DNA from: an uncultured Chlamydiales bacterium
GTDB taxonomy: Bacteria > Chlamydiota > Chlamydiia > Chlamydiales > Rhabdochlamydiaceae
Assembly (NCBI GenBank): GCA_963700985.1
Contig: OY969554.1
Location: forward strand, 1,856,001 to 1,920,000
Reading direction: 5' to 3'
DNA: 64,000 bases
Every line of letters starts with the position of its first letter. The stretch's first letter is position 1. Shown here piece by piece: positions 59,027 to 64,000 of this stretch. The position numbers and the translations under genes are program-made. The notes below the pieces were generated by a model, which saw only the letters and a program-made list of their open reading frames with translations, was not told the DNA's origin and made no database searches.

Positions 59027-60303
59027 TTATTTCCAGAAGGCTGCGCCAGAAGATTCTGGTAATACGCTTCGTCTAAGAAAACTGGAGAGACGTTAGCTTC
59101 GATGATTCCATCGATGATTTTGTCGATGCCAACTAGCTGCGTGTCGAAGATATCCGTTTCATAAACCGGTGCTGGAGATTTTGCGTAAGGAAGGGAGCTT
59201 CCTTGAGTATTATGTATGTCGACCTTGACCTCTAAGGAAAGTCCAAGCCTTAGTGGATGATTGATGATCTCATCCGCGTCAAGCGTAATACGTACGGGGA
59301 GACGCTGGACGATTTTGATCCAGTTACCCGTCGCATTTTGAGGGGGGATAATCGAAAAAACGCTGCCTGTTCCGCCAGCAATGCCGATTACTTTGCCGTG
59401 ATAGACAACTGAGTGACCATAAATATCAGCGGTCATTTTAACCGGTTGCCCAATCTTCATTTTTCTAAGTTGCGTCTCTTTGAAGTTGGCATATACCCAG
59501 ATTTGATCCAGTGGGATGATAGCCAGCATATTTCCAGCCGCTTCAACACGCTCACCTACTTGGACATTTCGTTGAGCGACCATTCCTGTTACCGGGGCAT
59601 AGATCCTGCAGCGATTCAACTGGACATAAGCTTCTTTAAGCTGCTCTTGTGCAACTTGGACAGTTGGGTGTGAAACTACCGTGGTTCTTTCTACCTGAGC
59701 TATGGCTGAAACCAGGCTATGTTCCGTATCGATCAATGACGCAAAGGCAGAGCGCAAATCTGCTTCAGAGTGTTCGAAATCTTCTATGGAGACGCCGCCT
59801 GATTGCACTAAGTTTTTGCGGTGTTCATAATCTAGAGCGCTTTTCCAAAGAACGGCCTTTTGCATCTCGACTTCAGCTTTAAGCTCTCCTACTTTTTCAA
59901 AAGAGGAGATGGCATAACGCAGCGCTTCGGCGAGCTCAGCTTTCTTTTGCTCGTATGCGATTGCAAAATCGGTTGGATCGAGCTCGACGATTAGTTGGTT
60001 TTTTTCGACAATGTCCGTTTCATCCGCATTGATCGAGGTTACAATTCCCGCAATCTGTGGCGTCAGCGAGACCATATTTCCGGCCACGTACGCATCGTCG
60101 GTATACTCTTCAAAACGCAGCCACCCCCACCAGTAGATAAAGATTGCTGCTGCAATAAGCAGTGTAATTAAAACATAGCCCCAGAGCCACGCTTTGCGGT
60201 GTGGCGAGCCTTTAGGGGCTGTGGATTCTGCAGGCTTAGATTCGGGTGCTTGGGGAGTTATAGGAGGAGCTGTAGGTCCTGGTAGTAGGGTTGGTTCAGC
60301 CAT
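59023..60303 (-). CDS. emrA: EmrA-like membrane fusion protein
   Basis: TDDAYV, ANFKETQL, NATGNWIKIVQRLPVRI. Confidence 0.92.
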   Translation of the reverse strand: MAEPTLLPGPTAPPITPQAPESKPAESTAPKGSPHRKAWLWGYVLITLLIAAAIFIYWWGWLRFEEYTDDAYVAGNMVSLTPQIAGIVTSINADETDIVEKNQLIVELDPTDFAIAYEQKKAELAEALRYAISSFEKVGELKAEVEMQKAVLWKSALDYEHRKNLVQSGGVSIEDFEHSEADLRSAFASLIDTEHSLVSAIAQVERTTVVSHPTVQVAQEQLKEAYVQLNRCRIYAPVTGMVAQRNVQVGERVEAAGNMLAIIPLDQIWVYANFKETQLRKMKIGQPVKMTADIYGHSVVYHGKVIGIAGGTGSVFSIIPPQNATGNWIKIVQRLPVRITLDADEIINHPLRLGLSLEVKVDIHNTQGSSLPYAKSPAPVYETDIFDTQLVGIDKIIDGIIEANVSPVFLDEAYYQNLLAQPSGNK

Positions 60304-61774
60304 TGGTTTCTCCTCCTTTCGAAGGTGTAAGAGGGGATGTTGTATTATATCCGCCGCCGAGTCCTTTGATGAGATTTACGAGAGCTTCGCGCTGCATCAA
60401 TTTTAGATCGATTAGCTGAATCTCGACGTCGAATAATTTCTCTTCGGTTTCAAGCGCTTCCAAATAGGGGGAAACGCCTTCTGCGTAGCGCAGGAGACTG
60501 AGCTCCGTATGGCTGCGTAAATTCTCCACAGTTAGCTGCTGAATACGCAACTGATCTTCGAGTTTAAGCAGGATGGTGAGCTGATCGACAACCTCTTTTG
60601 CTGCATTGAGCAGAGTGCTGTGATAAGAGGCCGTAGCTTGATGGAATTCTGCCCACTTTTCGCGCAGATTCGCTTGCAATCGCCCGCCGGTATAAATTGG
60701 CAGAGAAAGAGCAGGAATAAGCCCTGCAGCTCTATTCGACCATGAGAAGAGCTTGCCAATGTGCACACTTTCAAAGCCTGCTAGCGCGAATAAATTTAAA
60801 TCAGGATAGAAGTCGGCGCGTGCCGCTCCAATCTCATTTGCAACAGATTCGACTTGCCAGATAGATGCCATGAGATCGGGACGTCTAGATAAGAGATTTA
60901 ATGATAGATCCGAAGGCAGTGAGACCTTTTCTTCAAAGGGAATATGCAGCACTTCCAAGATGTTAGCGCTATCTGGCGTATGACCCATCAGCACTCTGAC
61001 CACGTGATCACTCAGTTCAATGCTCTGCTCGTTAATCGAGATCGCCTTTTCAATTTCTAGCAGATCCTGATCTGCTTCAAGCAGATCGATCTGTGTGTCT
61101 AAGCCATAAGCACGGCGTAGCTCATGCAGATGCAAAAGCGATCGGCGGCGTTGTGCTGTTTTCTTTAGCAGAGAGTTCCTTTCGATGTCCGCTTGCAGTT
61201 CAAAATAGCCTTTGGCTACCGCAGCTCCCAATGTGAGACGGACATCGGCACTCTCGGCTTGCTGAGCTTGAAGAAGGTTCAACGCCGCTTTGTAGCGGAA
61301 GCGATTCTTGCCAAAAAAATCGAGATCATAAGAGAGGTTAAGCACAACCCATGTATCATCCACCGTTCCTGGAATAGGCGGAGCATATGCACGGAAAAAG
61401 CCGGTTTTACTCAGATGCGTTAAGAGATTTCCGGCATCTAAATTTAAATTAGGGAGAATAGAGGCGCGTTGCTGCTTGGCATATTCCCTTGCCATGATCA
61501 CTTTGGCGTCTGCTTGTTGTAGGGTAGGGCTTCCACCGAGAGCTGCTCTGATGTAAGCCGCGAGCTGAGGATCGTTAAACATCTCCCACCACTCTTCGGA
61601 GGGCCAATCACCAGGCGTAAAGAGCGGGCTCTCACTAGCTCTTGCTAGAGAATTCGACAGAGTTGGAGTTTCTTGCAGGCTGCTTTCGATATCTTTTTTG
61701 GGGACGGACATGCAGCTGTGCAGAGCAATTAGCACAAGCAGAGCAGAGATGCGTTTTGTCCGATTGAAAAACAT
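60296..61774 (-). CDS. NodT/OprM-family outer membrane efflux lipoprotein
   Basis: Lipoprotein signal MFFNRTKRISALLVLIALHSC, WWEMFNDPQL, RRPDL, LGGG; start set to ATG 61774 (ORF track extension runs through the MITE). Confidence 0.88.
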   Translation of the reverse strand: MFFNRTKRISALLVLIALHSCMSVPKKDIESSLQETPTLSNSLARASESPLFTPGDWPSEEWWEMFNDPQLAAYIRAALGGSPTLQQADAKVIMAREYAKQQRASILPNLNLDAGNLLTHLSKTGFFRAYAPPIPGTVDDTWVVLNLSYDLDFFGKNRFRYKAALNLLQAQQAESADVRLTLGAAVAKGYFELQADIERNSLLKKTAQRRRSLLHLHELRRAYGLDTQIDLLEADQDLLEIEKAISINEQSIELSDHVVRVLMGHTPDSANILEVLHIPFEEKVSLPSDLSLNLLSRRPDLMASIWQVESVANEIGAARADFYPDLNLFALAGFESVHIGKLFSWSNRAAGLIPALSLPIYTGGRLQANLREKWAEFHQATASYHSTLLNAAKEVVDQLTILLKLEDQLRIQQLTVENLRSHTELSLLRYAEGVSPYLEALETEEKLFDVEIQLIDLKLMQREALVNLIKGLGGGYNTTSPLTPSKGGETNG

Positions 61775-61777
61775 ACG

Positions 61778-61961
61778 AGACTTCTTTCGAAACTCCATTT
61801 GCACGCTAAAATCGCCCTTTTTTCTCTGGTTTTTATCACGCCTTCTCACCGACCCACTTCGGGGTCGCCTCGTCAGCGCGATTCGAGCCGATAAATCAGC
61901 TCTAAGAACCAGAGAAAAAATCATCGATTTTTTCGCGCAAAGCGAGTTTTGAAAGAAGTCT
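61778..61961. mobile_element. Palindromic MITE-like element, copy 2 (184 bp)
   Basis: AGACTTCTTTCGAAA ... TTTTGAAAGAAGTCT; aligns end to end with 51031-51215. Confidence 0.88.
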
Positions 61962-62082
61962 GAGTCCCCCATACTCTTCCATAATGTAAAATAATTATTT
62001 TAGGAAGTGGGAAAATGCAAGATCAGAAAGTAGGGGAGATCTCGTATGCAACTACCGAGCAGCTGTTAATAGAATAGAAAAA

Positions 62083-62171
62083 ACAAGATAAGCAGGATCG
62101 GGGAAGATATAGAGGATAAATTTTATCTTACATCCTGTTTATCTTATCGCTTGCGATCCTGCACATCTTGT
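62083..62171. repeat. Intergenic inverted repeat, CAGGAT/ATCCTG family
   Basis: ACAAGATAAGCAGGATCG versus CGATCCTGCACATCTTGT (16/18 complementary). Confidence 0.65.
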
Positions 62172-62197
62172 AAATGATTTTATTCAAGAGAATCATA

Positions 62198-63282
62198 TTA
62201 ATTAGCCCAATGCGCCTGGATCATGGCGCCGCCTAGGCAGATCTCATCTTGGTAGAAGACGATCGATTGACGAGGCGTAACGGCGCGTTGAGGCTCAGGG
62301 AAACTGACGTGAACCATGTCCTGCTCAATTTTGGTGATTAAGCACTCTTGATCTTGTTGGCGGTAGCGCACCTTGGCTTTGCAGCGAAAGGGGAGCTTCG
62401 TTGGCGCAGCATTGACCCAGGAGACTTCAGTTGCGATCAAACTTGGAGAGTAAAGGGCGGGATGATCTTTGCCCTGCTCGACGAACACGATATTGCGCGC
62501 TATATCTTTGGCCACCACGAACCAGGCGTCGCCAGCGCCGCCGATGCCCAAACCTTTTCGTTGACCCAGCGTGTAATAAGCCACGCCATCGTGCTCACCT
62601 ACTACTTTGCCCTCAAGTGTTTGGAAGGGGCCTTTATGATAGGCGACGTAACGGCTGATGAACGATTTAAAATCGCGCTTACCGATGAAACAGATACCCG
62701 TGCTATCTTTTTTTTCTGCCGTGGCAAGCTGAGCTTTTTTAGCTAGTATGCGCACCTTTTTTTTTCGAGACTGCCAATAGGAAAGAGTATCGAAGGCAAA
62801 AGCTCTTGCTTCAATGTATAAAGGAAATAACTCTGGTCTTTTTGTGGATCATTGCCTTTAAGCAGAGTTAAATTCTGCGCGTCGATGCGGCAATAGTGAC
62901 CCGTAGCAAGAAAATCCGCTCCTAATGCACGTGCCTTATCTAGCAGAAGTTTAAACTTGATCTCGCGGTTGCATAAGATGTCTGGATTAGGTGTATATCC
63001 CTGTTTAAGCTCAGCTAAAAAATGCGTGAAGACATGATCCCAATACTCTTGAGCAAAATTAACTGAATAGTAGGGAATAGCTAGTTGATCGCAGACTCTG
63101 ACCACATCTTCATAATCTTGTACAGAGTGGCAAACGCCGCTGCCATCTTCCTCTTCCCAATTTTTCATGTAGAGGCCAATCACCTCATACCCTTGTTGTT
63201 TGAGCAGAAAAGCAGCAACGGAAGAGTCAACCCCTCCTGACATGCCGATAACGACTTTTTTCTTTGATTCGGTTTTAGCCAT
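62198..63282 (-). CDS. mnmA: tRNA 2-thiouridine(34) synthase MnmA, split by a frameshift in an A9 run
   Basis: N-part [27 protein letters not shown]-part [22 protein letters not shown]; frames join at 62757-62765. Confidence 0.93.
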
Positions 63283-63284
63283 AT

Positions 63285-63908
63285 TTATTTCAAAAGAAAG
63301 TGTGCCATAGAAACGCCATTATTTAACATATGGGCAGTTGAGGGAGCAACGATATCACCACTAATTTCCCGCAGGGCAGCAAAGACGCACCCCATGAGTC
63401 CTGTAATAAGAAAGATAGGAAGATTTGTCCATCCTTGAAATGGAGAGAGATGCGCGGCTCCAAAGAGCGTACCATTGACGAGAGTGCGCATCAAAGGGTT
63501 ATTTATGTTTTGCTGCAAGCAGCCGTGCAAAACTTCACGGAACATGAACTCTTCTATGATCGGCCCAATAATCACAATGTAAACTAAAAAAACTGTAAGT
63601 AAAAGTGCGCTTAAAGGGGGTGGCAAAACTGCCATGGATGTCCAAATTGCTATTACATCTTGTGAAGCAGTGAGCTCTATGCCCCAGGAGTTCATCAGAT
63701 TTTCAATGGCATATTCGGCCCAATTAAAAAGCGGAATGGAGATGAGAAAGACCAGCGCGCCTAAAGCCACGCGTTGGATAGTTTCCCAAGCTGAGTTTTG
63801 TGAAACAACATTTGCAAACTCGTTTAACCCGTCCTCACATAATTTAGGAATGCAGGCTACTATAGGATTTTGTAAGGCCGCAGCTACTGCCATAATATAT
63901 TTCTCCAA
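63285..63908 (-). CDS. CPBP family intramembrane protease (Abi / type II CAAX protease)
   Basis: EEFMFR, FGAAH, AHMLNN motifs. Confidence 0.88.
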   Translation of the reverse strand: MEKYIMAVAAALQNPIVACIPKLCEDGLNEFANVVSQNSAWETIQRVALGALVFLISIPLFNWAEYAIENLMNSWGIELTASQDVIAIWTSMAVLPPPLSALLLTVFLVYIVIIGPIIEEFMFREVLHGCLQQNINNPLMRTLVNGTLFGAAHLSPFQGWTNLPIFLITGLMGCVFAALREISGDIVAPSTAHMLNNGVSMAHFLLK

Positions 63909-64000
63909 TAATAAATGAAGAACTATAGCATTATTATTGTTTAATATGAGAACATAAAATATTTAATACAAAACATAACAAGTGTGGCATGAGAGTATCC

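Noticed and set aside
57479-61774. EmrAB-OMF pump as exporter for the NRPS product
   Set aside because: About 45 kb from the cluster; no linking evidence.
63285-63908. CPBP/CAAX protease as immunity protein of the RiPP or processor of the CaaX protein
   Set aside because: Far from both loci; the family is common and has varied roles.
1-64000. CRISPR array, rRNA or tRNA genes
   Set aside because: No regularly spaced direct repeats or recognisable structural RNA seen in the intergenic gaps; small RNAs could be missed by eye.

Overview
64 kb of a bacterial chromosome, most likely an environmental Chlamydiota (Chlamydiae) member. The gene blocks efp/amn/mfd/alaS/tkt/hemE/hemY, rnc-radA-hemC and sod-accD-dut-ptsN-ptsN resemble chlamydial gene order, and there are Inc-like proteins, dapL and a short HemC. 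The left 17 kb is a composite biosynthetic locus: MoeB-rhodanese/MoaD, an NHLP-leader precursor whose annotated core has no Cys, a CCG-type (ProcM-like) LanM, an AT-rich PPTase/thiolase/NRPS block (T-Cy-A[Cys](Ox)-T-TE, thiazole-forming) and a C39-peptidase ABC/HlyD/TolC exporter. Other notable items: three tandem Inc-like coiled-coil proteins, MORN proteins with a C-terminal CaaX-like motif, a ~185-bp palindromic MITE in two copies (one breaks a lysE gene), mnmA split at an A9 run, a higBA module with its operator, and several intergenic palindrome families. All calls come from motif recognition by eye; no searches were run.
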